Of a stretch of DNA of 64,000 nucleotides, positions 43,361 through 58,065 are shown piece after piece. How positions within the stretch are numbered: position 1 is the first letter of the stretch; every line of letters begins with the position of its first letter. This DNA is from Chrysomallon squamiferum. Its lineage: Eukaryota; Animalia; Mollusca. The notes under the pieces were generated by a model. It made no database searches and was not told the origin of the DNA. It saw only the letters and a list, made by a program, of their open reading frames with translations. Location of the stretch: the NCBI GenBank assembly GCA_012295275.1, contig CM022672.1:17422001-17486000 (forward strand), written 5' to 3'. The translations under genes were made by a program, and so were the position numbers.

Positions 43361-46300
43361 GGGGTTCTTCCTTGTTGTTGGTTATTATCCTATTTTATTT
43401 ATTTTTTATTTTTTTTTAGGCTTTATTTGTTTGAGTTATTGTTTGGATTTGTTCGTTCATTTGTTTTATGACTGAAACTTTTTAAGACTTGACATTTAGA
43501 TTATTAATGCAGCAATAAATCATTGTAAAGAATAACAATTCAGCCTAAGGTTTACCATTCGCTTCTAAAAAAAAAAATCATATACATCATCATTATCATC
43601 ATCATCATCATCATCATCATCATTATTAGTAGTATTATTATTATTTTGAATGTTTCAAACCTCATTCTTTCTTTTAGTATTTATTGTTATCTTATTTGAT
43701 CACTTTTTCAAAACATGTCGAGGTTTTGTTCTATCAACAGATTACTGCTTGCGTGGAGGTTTACAAATTAAAGTACATTAGGCGGAGAAAAAAAGAGAAA
43801 AAAAAGGATAAAAAAAGAACATTAAATATTAGTCTTCTGAAACGACGACGTCATTCTTCATTGCGCTATAATTGAACATTACCGACGGGTGCTAATAAAA
43901 TCGTTGCGTGGATTCTGTGATGTCACAAAATGGCAGACCCTTTATTGATTCTAGCGAGCGGCAGAAGTGATAATGGCGGAATGACGTCGAGGAAAGTGAA
44001 ACTATGTCTGTCTGTGCGTCACCCAGAAATCCCGTTTCTCTGCTACTGTTTCCCTTTCCGGTTGATTTATACATGTTCTCGCGGTTTGTGTCGTATTCAG
44101 CATTGTACAGACTGCGTTAGAAAAAAAAAAAGGTACAACAGATCAGAAATTTTTCAAGTCAGTAGGTGTACTATAGGAAGTTAAAAAGAAGAGAGAAATA
44201 TATAAAAGAAAACAAAAATGTGATAAAGGGGGAAGAAAAAAAGAAGAAGAAGAATAAGGAACAAATGAAAGAAAGAAATTGTCATTCCCAAAATATTCAG
44301 TATTTGATCTTTCATTTCCGAAATGAAAGATCGAAGTCACTGCTTGCTTCGTTTAGCTGTCTTCACTCAGACTCTTGTTACGTCTGTTAGACAACGCCTG
44401 TGGCTGAGTTATAAGTGCGTTATTATTTTCGAATTCATTAACTTCTCAAAGGACTGCGGTTTTTGTTGAACAGCCCTTAGACTGCCTCGGGTGCCGCAGG
44501 TCGCAGGATCAATTCATATCGAGTTTCAAGCGGTGTTCCCCGATTTGGCTATCAAGCGAATTGGTCGCGATGATGGTCAGAGGGGTGACTGAAAATCGTG
44601 ACGAAAAGCATTTGCAGTCAGGTGAAGGAGAAGTGGCAGGAATCCACATTTGAGATGTTTTTGTAAGTAATTCTACTGCTGAAAGTTCTAATGCGCGATT
44701 AAATGCATGAACGTTTAACGACGTATTCAAATGTTTAACAGTGTTTAAGTATCGGTTATTGATTTCCATTGCGATGATCGACTGAGAGAGGAAAGCAGTT
44801 GTCGCCATTCGCTGAGTTATTATTCATCGAGTATCATAAAAATGTGTATGTGTACCCTCCCATGCACAGGAAAGCTTGTCAACAGAGTTGTCTTTTAACT
44901 GATAAATACCCGCAGTTGATTTTTTCTCTTTAATTAAATATTTTTATGGTTATGAAGAAGAAAAATGAAGTGGTAGGAACAGAGAAAGTAAGATGTTGAT
45001 GAAGGCAGAGACAGTGTCAGTGTTAACTTACACTTCTAAGCAGAGATTTTTAGGTCAAGAGATGAGACAACTTATATCTGAGGAATAATCTGGCTTCTAA
45101 TCAAACATAAATAATACAGACACTTGCTCACCTACCTAAAGTTTCTACTTTTGGGGATTTGTGAAATTATATACCGTTTTGTCGTCAAAGCCTTTAATAT
45201 GTGAACTAAATTAGTGTTAGGAATATTGAAGATAGAGAGAAGATTTCATACACATCTTCTCCGTTTAGCCATTTATCCTGAAGTTGACGGCTTTGTTTTT
45301 GAGTATCTGCAGATCAAATGTAAAATGGTTAACTGTTAGGCACCAAGATTGTTATCTTTTCTGAAGCGTTATTCCTTTCTTTTAGTCATGACGTTAATAA
45401 TTTGCAATTTTTAGTTCCAGTAATTAAAATATTAATTGTTTGTATGTATACTTATTATATAGAAAGATGCTTATAAGGAAGCAACACTACTGGTCTAACT
45501 CTAAATTTTGTTTTAGTTTCTTTTGGGTCTTGGTAATTCATTGCTAAATGACAAGAACCATGAATATCATTCACAACCATTTCTTTACCAATTATCAAGG
45601 AGTTAATATCACAAAGAAGACAACCAGGAACGTCAATAAACGAAAGAACGAACAAATTGAATAATGAACAAAACTGCTAGAAAACAATTCAAGCAAACAA
45701 CCACAACAACCTGCAAACAACCAATCATCCAGCGAAAAAACAACTGTAATTTCAGTGTCCAAATCAATCAGCAAACAGACCAACAACCAAATAAATAAAT
45801 AACTAAATATTATGTATCGGATCCAGCAAACGGGATCGGCTTTGTTTTATATCGTTTTACTCGCGGTGGGTGGAACACAAGCTGATGGCGCTTCGACTCG
45901 TCTGTGAATTGTTTGTCATTTGTTATCAGCAGCCACTACAGTGACCCGGAGCGCAATGTGCTTTGAAGCTGAATGTCAGCGGCTGGATCCGCACTGATGT
46001 ATGCTGCTGATACTGCCGTAAAGGATTATATTTCACACTTTCCTTCGGTTTTCATTAGCTTCGTATTTGCATGGCCTTGGACGTTCGGCTATTTGTAACA
46101 TATTTATTTTGGTCGCTCGTGGTTGAGCAGGTTCTTGGATCGCACTGCCTCAACGCTTCGTCCAAAACATTTTATTTTTTCAATGGCAGAGCTCGAACAT
46201 CGCAGAATGGTATCGAATCCTCTCTAAAAATCACAGCTGTGTACCAGTTTCTCGCCAAAATGTATCATTTTTTTTTTTCCTAAAGAGAATATTGTCTCTG

Positions 46301-47794
46301 TTCTGTATTTAATCTTTCAGCTGAGGCTGTTTCTCGGTCCAACTTGTTTATCAAAGGTCATAATAAATGTGCTTTCCTGCCCAAGGTATGCAGCACATAC
46401 GTAAAAAGAAATTCTTGCTTTTAATAGTAAAAGAAAGTAGACAGTCGCTTGGCTGGACAAATTTTCTTCTCTTATTTATTGTATATACTCGTTCACGAGA
46501 TGACGATATATTTATAACTAACTGCATATTGCTAAATGTATTGAATCTATCGTTAAATAAAGCATTCTTCCTTCCTCTAATTAATCTTTACAAAAAATGT
46601 ATTGAAGAGATAATCATATTCCTGAACTGTATCAGCGCTGAAAAGACGTTCTTCGTAACAGACTGTTCCGACTAGCACATAGAATACTTCCACTGTTATC
46701 TTTATAATTTAATAGTTTCCATGCTCAGTCTGTTTCTATTTAAGTAATGTTATCTAACTGATTCATAATATTATAAAGATACAATTAGATTTCAACTTCG
46801 CAACATCTTCTGTACAATTAACAAGACATTATCCCAAAATAAGCATCGTCATACGCAATCACTTCGCAATCTTTTCTCTTCTGTCTGATACGTTTCTGAG
46901 GAAATTACGACGAATTGGTATAATTAGAAAACAAACTGCCAAATGAGGAAGTCTCTTGTTCGCCGGTTTTAAAACGTAGACGTATGAAGTGGAATGTTTC
47001 AGGATCAATCCTCTTGAGAGCACCATTAATTTTTTTTTTTTTTAAATTGTTATTATTATTTTTTTTATAATTATTATTTGATTTCTTATAAAATATAATT
47101 GATATAATCTTTTACAAAAATTTATCGAATATTATCTTTTACAGATTTAAGTTGGGTTACATAGACAGTAAGATATATCACTGATTTATTGCCAACAGAA
47201 ATATCACGATTTTATTGAATTACCTTTTAGGTATCTTCATTTTTATTTATTAACATTCAAGTTTTAATGTTCGACATAGATTTATTTGTCTTTAAACCAG
47301 TTTAGATATTTGTTCTTACTCCATCTGTTCTTACTCGATCGTAATTAGCACAGCTTTGTGTAGATCTGGTAATATTCTGCAAAAGCACAAATGTAGATTA
47401 TACACCTACCTAACAATTATTACAGGTTAAAATTTCCAAAAGTAATTTTCTACTGAGGTGGCTTAAATAACGAAACATTGCTTACAAAAATATACTCAAG
47501 ATTTTTACGTATCTGTTCATTTTCAAGTGACTGCTCGATATATAAACCAATATGTGTGACAACGCTCTTTTCATTTTCCTACCCTAGGTCATTTTCCCAC
47601 TCCAACAGTTCAATACGAATAAGAGTACACTGTTGATTTACCCATCCAAGTTTATTTTCAGGTGATAGCTCAATGAATGTAATCAATGCAAGAAGCGAGA
47701 TAGTGTTGATTTACTCTTTGCAGTTCGACTTCAGTTCCAACTCGATGTATATGTACTGTTGATTTGCCCATTACAATTCATTTTCTTCTTTAAA

Positions 47795-48230
<436 letters not shown>

Positions 48231-48319
48231 TGTGTTAGTAACAATATCCTGTTGATTACCCATCTTACGTCGCCTTTTAATCACTGTTCAAAGTGTATAC
48301 AAACATCATATTATATTAG

Positions 48320-48685
48320 TTATATCCATTTTCTACTGATGAAATAAACCACTATATACTGACAGCACTATGTAGCATTATACTTTTCGTTTTAACACGC
48401 TACTCATTTTCTACTGATAAACAAGATAAATATATACTGACAGCTCAGTGTCTATTATACCAATACATTTTTTTTTAATTTTAACATCCTATTGATTTTC
48501 TTCTGATAGCTCAACATATAAAAAAAACAAAAAAACAACAATACTGTAATGTAAAATGTGCTATTGGTTTACCCATTTCATTTTGTCAACTACTGACATC
48601 TAAATGCATATTACCAGCACGTATTATTAGTTTTAACATGCTATTCATTTTCTGCTGATATAATAAACCAATATAAGTGACATTA
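48320..48685. repeat. Degenerate ~80-bp tandem repeat
   Basis: cattttctactgat-like anchors at 48327, 48405, 48494 and 48646; the last three are preceded by ttttaaca..cta. Confidence 0.7.
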
Positions 48686-48960
48686 TCACGTTGATTAGCC
48701 GGTCCCGGTCGTCTGCTAATGACGTGTAAGGTAATTACAGCTGAGACAAAAGAAGCTGCAAGTGACATTAGCATCAGTTTGAACTTCACCAGCGATCTGC
48801 GTGCTGTTTTTACTTCCTACCTGTCCACCGGCTTTAACAACACAGAGGATAACTGAATTCAGCGTAGCTGTAAGAAATTACTGGCCAAAAGGTGAAGAAG
48901 GTATAGAATGAATATCTAAATCATTCGAATATTAGAAATACAAGAGATAACAATAGTTAC

Positions 48961-49135
48961 ATAACATCATTGTATGACTATTTTAAGCAACTAAACCCTA
49001 ATTTTGATGATTATGACAGAATGTAAACATGATGATGTTATATCTAACATGGATTCTACAAATGACGAATTTAACAGTCCTGTCATAGGTGAAGAAATAA
49101 AACAATGTATATTAAATATGAAGAATAACAAAGCT
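48961..49135 (+). mobile_element. Degraded non-LTR retrotransposon (LINE) ORF2 fragment
   Basis: Translates, with one frameshift, as LYDYFKQLN...NDEFNSPVIGEEIKQCILNMKNNKA. This matches the LINE pre-RT motif F.EHFK.L...LN.PIT.EEI..AI..LKNNKAPGPD and is truncated before PGPD. Confidence 0.7.
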
Positions 49136-50274
49136 ATTCTACCCCCCCCTTTCCACATGAGGTGAAAATTAAGAAAAAAAAACCTCTACTGATATCGAAA
49201 CGTGAGGGGAAATTCAATCAAATTGTTTGAATTAGATACCTGTTTGGAACATTTGTTTTCCTGTTTGTCTTTTGCGCTTTGATTTGAAGGTGCTATTTTT
49301 GTTTGGTTTAAAGTACGTGTGTTTGTGGATATGTATGTATGTATATATGTATGTATGTATGTGTGTGTGTATGTATTTATGTATGTATGTGTGTATGTGC
49401 GTATGTATGTATGTATTTATGTATGTATGTATGTGTGTATGTATGTATGTATGTATGTATGTATGTGTCATTTTCTGTGAACGTTGTTTGTGTGTATGTT
49501 TGTATGGCCGAGTTTATTAATGTATGCACTTATCGATGTGTTTATGACAGTGTTTATATATATATATATATATATATATAGCTATAGATATATTTAGATA
49601 TAGATATAATCTCTATTTCTATATGTGCGTGTCTCATTTGCATCTTATTATATTATTTTGGAAATATCCCTGAATATCCAGTAATAGAAACAGTAATGAG
49701 TTTCCTCAGTTTCATTTTAATGACGCATACATTATTAACAGACACTCTAGAATATCAAACACCTAATTTAAAAAATGTACGATTCAATCAGCATGAGTGA
49801 CTGCTTTGTATTCTGCAGTGTTTGCTATTTTCATTTCAGTGTTACAGTTTTGATATATCCATTTTTCTTTTCCTACAGTAGTTGCAGCGTTAGTGTTAAT
49901 TGTATAAGAATAATTTATAGTTAAAACTGTTTTAGAAACGGTAGTAGTGGTGATGGTGGTAGTAGTAATAACAGTAGTAGTAGTAGTGGTAGTAGTACTA
50001 GTAGTTGTTGTTGTTGTTGTAATAGTAGTAGCAGTAGTTACTATAGTAATAGTATAGCAGTACTGAAGTAATAGTAGTTGTAGTATTAGTCATTGTTGTT
50101 GTTATAATAATAGTACACAGAATTATCACTTTGATGATTATAATCATTATTATTTGTAATAAGTTGTTTGATATTTTCTTGTAAAATTCTGAAATTTAGT
50201 TTTCTTTACTGAAAGTACAATACTTAACACAACAATATTATTTACATTCACAATATTATTTACATTTACAACCT

Positions 50275-50565
50275 TTTTTTTTTATTTTATTTATTTATTT
50301 ATTATTTTATTTTATTTTATTTTATTTTATTTTATTTTATTTTATTTTATTTTATTTTATTTTATTTTATTTTATTTTATTTATTTTATTTTATTTTATT
50401 TTATTTTATTTTATTTTATTTTATTTTATTTTTTTTTATTTTTATTTTTTTTAATTTTTATTTTTTATTTTTATTTTATTTTTATTTTTTTTTTTTTTTT
50501 TTTTATTATTTTTTTTAATTTTAATTTTATTTCATTCTTAATTTAATTTTATTTAATTCAATTTA
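50275..50565. repeat. (TTTTA)n pentanucleotide repeat
   Basis: Direct inspection; boundaries approximate. Confidence 0.95.
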
Positions 50566-51149
50566 TTTATAATTTGTTGTTGTTGTAAAGACATTAGTTG
50601 TTTCTTTACTTTGTATGATTGTTTTGTTCAATGTTTTTCTTGCCAGTAAATCGTGTATACGCATTATCATTTGTTCTCGGTGATTTCGAATGAAGTGCAG
50701 TTTATCTCCACCATTGGAAAATATCCAGATCATGATGTTTTCATTCTGAGAAGATGTCATCAGTGATAAATGTATTAAAGCAGACACTAATTCTTTCATG
50801 AACCTTTTGTACCGAAGCTGTGTTTACTAAAGCAATTGATATATTTACCGAGGATACAGTATATGTGAGCCAAAATTACTCCCATGAAAACACGGATCAA
50901 AATCGACTATTACCCACGTGATTAAGACACGAAACAAAACAATAATGATTTGAAAATTACAAGTTAAAGTCTTCAATACTTTGATTATAGTGCACACAGC
51001 TTGGCACTATATATATATAGTTGCTATTGATTTAATGATTCCTTGAAATAATGAGTGATTCCAAACAGATATTTGTTAAACTTCTAAATACTGTTCTTAG
51101 GTAATACATATGTAAACGAACAGAAATAGACATAAATAAATAAAAATGT

Positions 51150-51410
51150 GCATACCTACATAAACATACATACATACATACATACATACATACAGACAGA
51201 CAGACATACGTATATACATACATACATACATACATATATACAATATACATGCATACATACATGCATACATACATGCATGCATACATACATGCATGCATAC
51301 ATACATGCATGCATACATACATACATGCATACATACAAACATACATACATACATACATACATACATACATACATACATACATACATACATACATACATAC
51401 ATACATACAT
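51150..51410. repeat. (TACA)n tract abutting the head of SINE copy A
   Basis: Direct inspection; boundaries approximate. Confidence 0.95.
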
Positions 51411-51411
51411 T

Positions 51412-51620
51412 GTCTCGGTGGCCGAACGGTAACATCGTCCGCCTTCGGAGTGCGGTCGAATGGGTGTCACACGTTCGAGTCTCGTCAGCGGCATCTGACT
51501 TTTTGTGTGATCGTGATTGGACTTTGTGCTCCTGCGCCAATGCGTTCCCGAATATTTTCTATGTGCAGAGTCTAATCAGACGTACATAAGTCAGAGAATA
51601 TTCAAAATCTTAAACTACAT
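51412..51620 (+). mobile_element. tRNA-derived SINE-like element or tRNA pseudogene repeat, copy A
   Basis: A-box-like TGGCCGAACGG at 51419 and B-box GTTCGAGTC at 51473. The head GTCTCGGTGGCCGA...AATGGG...CACACGTTCGA resembles class II (Ser/Leu) tRNAs. The non-tRNA body is shared with a second copy at 18.4 kb. Confidence 0.75.
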
Positions 51621-51690
51621 ATATACAGGATACACACATATATTCAAACATACAGAAGTAGGTACATACATGCATGTTTTAATACACTGA

Positions 51691-51732
<42 letters not shown>

Positions 51733-51740
<8 letters not shown>

Positions 51741-51808
51741 ATAAATGGCAGTTTTAAGTATTGTGTATATATATTTTACACACTTAAAACTGCCATTTAT
51801 CAATAATA
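51733..51808. repeat. Perfect inverted repeat (27-bp arms, 22-nt spacer) beside (TA)n
   Basis: tattattgataaatggcagttttaagt (51733-51759) and acttaaaactgccatttatcaataata (51782-51808). Confidence 0.95.
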
Positions 51809-52609
51809 AATCACAATTAACAATTAATTCCATGGACAGATGCCAAGTAAAAGTCATAAAACATAACAGCAGTGTTTATTATTAGATGAGAATTCGCAGT
51901 TTTTAACATGATGATGTTTCGGGATAGATCTGTGAAAATCGAACTCGTTGTCGCGCGAATCTTTCACACTTCTGTGGACATTCAGCAGGTCACTGACCTT
52001 CTGGTCAACTCGTTTTCTCAATTTTATGTTCCGTACATTGAACTGACAATGACGAATGCTGGATCCATTTAACTGGGTTACGGCATGTTAAATCTTGGTA
52101 TACGACAATAATATATATATATATACATATAAAAGAAAATTTTATTTAAAGCTTAAATTTTTTTAAATCCATATTTTTCTGGTATGTATTAATATTATCA
52201 TGGTACGTGTTACGCAAATTTTACAACAATTCAGAATTTTATTTTAATTAGAATTTCATTTATAACACTGGCAAAGCTGTGTAACATTACCTCAGAACAA
52301 AATCGTTTATGTTAAATGTGGATTTAATAAAACTTGAGATGATATTCATGAAATTCGTCGTCTGAAAATAAGACGTAAAACATTTAACTACGTACGTTTT
52401 CAATTCTTAACATTTTTTTTTATAGAATGAGAATTATATGAGTGAAAAAAATAAAACTGAGAAAGCAGGTGTTGATTAAACTGACCATCTGTTGCATTAA
52501 TAAATCATTAAATACCAAAATATTACTTTGATATCTGAAGATAATTACATATTTATTTCCACGAAAAAGAAATTCAGACGTCAGTACTTTGTTTACAGGT
52601 CAAAGATAA

Positions 52610-52717
<108 letters not shown>

Positions 52718-54968
52718 CACACATTCACACTCAGATTATCATATTCTGTTGCTACTGTTACTATTTACAAACCATCTTGAAAATATATAAGCCATTTTTT
52801 GTTTTTTTATTTTTCATTTTGTTTTGATTTGTTGTTTTTTCTACAACCGGCATAATATTATTCTATTTCATTTTGAAAATGTACTCATGAAAACAGAGTT
52901 GCCATTCGGCCGCTATAAGATTCTAAGTGTTTCCAAACACAAAACTGTTAACAGGATCCCGATGGGGAAACACAATCGTAAACTGCTGACGTTTTTTCAA
53001 ATGTCGATTCCATTATCGCCTTCCCCTTGATCATTGCATAATCCGGACACTGCACACTCTGCGTGTTTTTATTGTTTGCATTTAGCCAGTGTTCCTGCTG
53101 ATGGATTGCCTGTCCCGGGAGACAACATAAGCGCATCGGTTATTTAATCATTTCTGAAAACAGTTCTGTGTAACCCAGATATAGCACACCTCGGGTTAAA
53201 GAGTGCCGAGGTTTGGAGTATCGGTTAATAACAACGGATTTCAAAATATATGTTTTTCTGTTAGCGTCTGAACCGAGCTGAACTTTAATTACACTCGGGT
53301 CCACGGTCAGTGAGGATGTTTACATCTAAATTAATATAAATTTATAACAAGATTTACAATAGTTTTACATAACTGACAAAAAAAAAATACACAATATCGG
53401 CCAGGTGATTTGAACAAATATGTTGATTATAACTACAAAATGTAGCAAAGTTAGTTTTCTCGGGACACCAGCTTTTTCAGAGTTAAATCTGTTATGAAAC
53501 TTACGTATACTTGGTTTAGACAGACAACAGAAAAATAATAGGTAACGATTTGTTTCATTCTTTTAAAAAAATTACAAAAAACACACACAAAAAACAAAAA
53601 AAAAACCCACCAACATACATGTAAATATGTCGTAATTATTACATAATGCACGTATTCTATTTTTTCCATCTGGTCGGTTCAGTAGAAAGATTATGGTTTG
53701 AAAGTCTAAATCGTAATAATGTTTTCTCACTATATGTATGTGAAATATGTCTTCAATAACAATATTTCACGGAGAGACGTTCATTGTGAATAGAGATAAA
53801 GAGTTGGTTTACTTCGGACAGTCAATATTATTAACGTTATTCAAATTACTAACAGGGTGACTGAAAATTACGACGTATTTTACGAGTTCGTGGTTAACTT
53901 CCAGACAGAACAAACACTTAAATTCACAACGTCAGCCTCGTAAAGATAATAATATCACATTTATCTATTTATTTATTTGTTCGTTCATTTATATATTTCT
54001 TTGCTAATAAGTTAGAGTGTGTGTATATGTATGTCTATATATATGTGTGTGTGTGTGTGTATCTGTGTGTGTGTGTGTGTGTAGATACACAGACAGACAT
54101 AAATTTTATTTGTTTATTTACTTATTTATTTCTTTACTAATATATTTTAGCATTTTCGCCTTTTATCAATTTATTCATATATTTATTTTATATTTATTTT
54201 TTATTAACTAAAACTTTTTACATTATATTAACTCTAAATAAGCGTAGATATACTTTAAAACAACAATTGTATGCCCCCCAGACATTTTTATTTCACTTAG
54301 ACAAAATGATTATTTTGTGGCGCTTATAAAAACCGGATTAACGCCAGATCAAATATCAACAGCTGACGTGATTTTAAGCTGCGTTTCAAACAGAAACGAA
54401 ACGGGAATCCTAATCCACTTTGTTTGTTTTGACTGGCGTGTGATCGTAACCTTGCCATCAGCTGTCGACGTATTTTCCAAGTCTGAAATCACTTAGTGAT
54501 TAAACGACAGACAAACTGTCAGAACACGGAGTTCAAATCACGCTAACATACGCTCCGCGATTGATATCGATCTTGCCATGCTACTCTTTATTTATGGCGA
54601 ATGTTGGCGTGTTTATTAATTTACGGAAATGGTGTGAGAAAGCAGCGAAACAGAGAGAGAGAGTAATATATTGAAACAGACAGACAAATAGATAAAACAG
54701 ACGAGTAGAACAGAAAGATTTAAAATGCATATAATATATATATATATGTGTGGGTGTTTATGCATTGATATATATATATATCCATGTATGTGTGTATTGT
54801 CTGAGTGGGTACGTGTGTATCCGAATATCCGAACTCCAAAACGTTTATTAATTTATCTTACAGAATTAAAAATAAAATTAAAATTAAAAAATCTAACTAA
54901 AAAACACTATTGTCTAAAATGATATGCAAACTGTATTATTAGCGATGAATCGGTTCGTGCTTGGAAAT

Positions 54969-55099
<131 letters not shown>

Positions 55100-56094
55100 T
55101 CTCCTCCCCCTCACTCTCTTTGTATGTGTCTGCCAATTTACATATATCCTGAGTACGTCTCTCTCCCAATCGCATTTGGTAACAATAAAATTCAGATTGA
55201 CTGACAGAACAGCTTAGACCGATATTGGCAAACGACTATACAAATTTAATTATCGACAAAATTGCGTTTGACACGTTGCTTGACCCCATCTTCGACCAAA
55301 ACGTTAACACATTAATTTTCTTTTCATTCCTGCTTCCATTACCATTGTCCGTCTTTGAGCGTTTAATTTGCTCGGGCTGTTTTCAAAGATTTGTCAAATG
55401 CGGATCGCAGTTATGAGTGAATAATGGTGTCGTTCCTCCGCGTTCAATCAACAAGCTGTTTGTTACAGGCTTCAATAAGCCATTTCTGAAAACCATATGT
55501 ACGTGGATTCTTAAATATTAACACTAGTTCATAAGTGTTTATGTAATAACATAACAACAAGAAAACAAAAAAATGAATAAAAAAGATAATCGCTGTCACT
55601 TAATACAAATCCAAATTTTACTTTTTACTGAATATTTAAGAAAGAAATAATACAAAATATTTTATAAAGTTTGTCAGCAAAAAGAAATAAAAATAGGCGA
55701 AAAAAAATCTTTCTGGTAATTACAGTCCATTACTTTTGAATCTGTACATTATACGTAAATATTCATAAACATGTAAATAAATAAATGTCATTGTAGTAAT
55801 CAACCTTTATATAATGACATTGTTCCTAACCTAAGCGTTATTATACGTATGTGTGCATGTGTATATACATGTATGTAAATATGAAATGTTGTGTTTTCAG
55901 TTTTTTTGTTTACTGTCAATGACAGACGTACACAGAGAGAGATAACAGACTCCTTGTTTTAACATTTACATCAAGATAAATATATTAATTACAACAATTT
56001 ATCCGAGCGTATTACAGCGGCGCAAGATTGTGATTACAGTAACTGTGTTTTCAATGCATGTATGAATGAACAAATACTTTGTAGCATTCAGCTA

Positions 56095-56500
56095 TTTTTT
56101 TATCTTTCATCTTTTTCTTTTACTTTCTTTTCCTTTTTTATATTTTAGCCTTCTTCTTTTACTTTTTTCTTCTTCTCGTAATTTTACCCTTTCCTTCTTT
56201 TGTTTTTTTCCTTCTTTCACTTTTCTCTTTCTATTCTTCCTTTTTTTTTTTTTCCCTTTCTTCTTTTTCTTTTACTCTTTCTCCTACTTTTATTTTTTAT
56301 TTTTAACTTTATTTCATTCTTTCTTTTATTTTTTTGTCCTTCTTCTTTTACTTTTCTTTCTTCTTCTTTCTTTTATTTTCCCGTTCCTTTTTTTTTTTAC
56401 TCTTTCTCATTCTTCTTTTAACTTTTTCTCCTTCTTTCACTCATTTGTCTTCCATTACTTCTTCTTTTTCATATTTTCTTGCCTTTAGCTTTTTCTCCTA
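56095..56500. repeat. ~400-bp pyrimidine-rich low-complexity tract
   Basis: Almost entirely T/C on the + strand, with very few G. Confidence 0.9.
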
Positions 56501-57609
56501 AAATTCGATTTAGATTAGCACGTCTCTGTTACTTTTCTTAATTTCCATACTTCATAAGACTTACTCTAAAATCACTAAACATGAAATAATAGTAACAAAA
56601 AAAAAAAAAAATGAAAACTTTAACCAAGCCATTCATCTTCCTTTGCTTCTCCGCGATATCTCGACAGCATTAATTTTGTGTTGTCGCACTTAAAACCCAT
56701 TATCTGCATGGTAAAAAACGTCAAGTTGTGGAACTGTGTCAATAACTGACAAATTTATAACGTTTAAAACTAATTTTAAGCTAAAATGGAAACAGCCTTC
56801 ACTTCGTATTATTTTTATTGATTAATGCATTCTTTAGGACTGAAGAAATTTAAAAAATAAGTCAATTTATTTCTTCCATACTTTTTAAGTTTATTTTATT
56901 TTATTTTATTTTTTTTTTTTTTTGAATTTGTTTCTTTGTTGTGGCCAGAGTAGTTTCGAATTAAGCGTGAAGCGGACGTGAAACTATGGACAGTTTTATC
57001 CCAACACACCCCTGGAACCCCATGCTGCTTACAAACATTAAAAAAAACTGCTGTGGCTTTGCCATAGGGCATGCAGCACTTTGGCGTCATCCGAGTAGCA
57101 CCTTCAGAGTTATTCTGAACATTCAAGTGAACATTTTACAGTTTCATTCCAACAAATTATGGTTCCGTTAGCAGATCAATGTGAATTTTTATATCATATA
57201 CAAAAAAAAAATCTAAAACCATGCATAATTTATCTTTTTATTTTATTTTAATTTTTTATTATTTTATTTTTTTTACTTTTTCCAATTACATTAACATTGA
57301 ATCCTTTCTGCTTCACTGAGGTATTGCTGAGTAAGAGAAAATTAAAATGACATCATAAGCTTTGACGGAGTGTTCATTTAAAATGTCTTCCGATTATCAG
57401 CTTCATTTGTAACGAAGTAAATGACATACGGTGGCGTTTTACTTCAGGCATGTGACTGAACGATCAAAGGAGAAGATATTCGTGTTAGTGAAGAGATATG
57501 TCATCTTTCAAAAGTCAGCATGAGTGACTCTTTCCGGATTTAGCATGCGAATGAAAGCTAATGGTGTCTTCTTGTATTTTTTTAAAATGTACTTAGGTTA
57601 GCAAAAATA

Positions 57610-58065
57610 TTTTTGGAAGCCCATGTCAGTCACATGCTATGGAACTTTCTGGTTGCCAAGTCTACAGTACTCACGTGATATCACTCCCTGCAGTTACATA
57701 ACTGAAATATCAAGTTATATTTGGTAGCCATGTCAGTTATGAGCTGTTGAATTTTCTGGCTACCATGTCTACAATATACCCGTAGTTCCATACTTTGTAG
57801 TTATGCAAATGAAATATTAAGATTTTTCATATTAGTCTCGTGTTGTGGTACTTTCTGATACCAAACCTACAAAACCGTAGTATCATTATCAGTTGTTATC
57901 TGAATGAAATAACATTTCTTTGGTAGCCAAGTTAGTATCTTGCTATATAGTTCGTTCTGCTCACAAATCAACAATACTCGTAGTACATCTTTGTCTGTTG
58001 TTACGTAAGTCAGATATCAAAGTAGCCATGTCAGGTCACGTGTTCTAGCACATTCTGGTTACCAA
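57610..58065. repeat. Degenerate ~100-bp tandem repeat, ~4.5 units
   Basis: ccatgtcagt-like anchors at 57621, 57728, 57827, 57927 and 58026, with recurring ttctgg.tacca, cgtagt and gaaatat motifs. Confidence 0.8.

Noticed and set aside
44509-44808. 99-aa minus-strand ORF or possible exon
   Set aside because: No recognisable protein, + strand frames hit stops, and there is no good acceptor/donor pair.
51412-51493. Functional tRNA gene
   Set aside because: The acceptor and T stems pair poorly, and the 3' body is shared with a second dispersed copy, so a SINE or pseudogene fits better.
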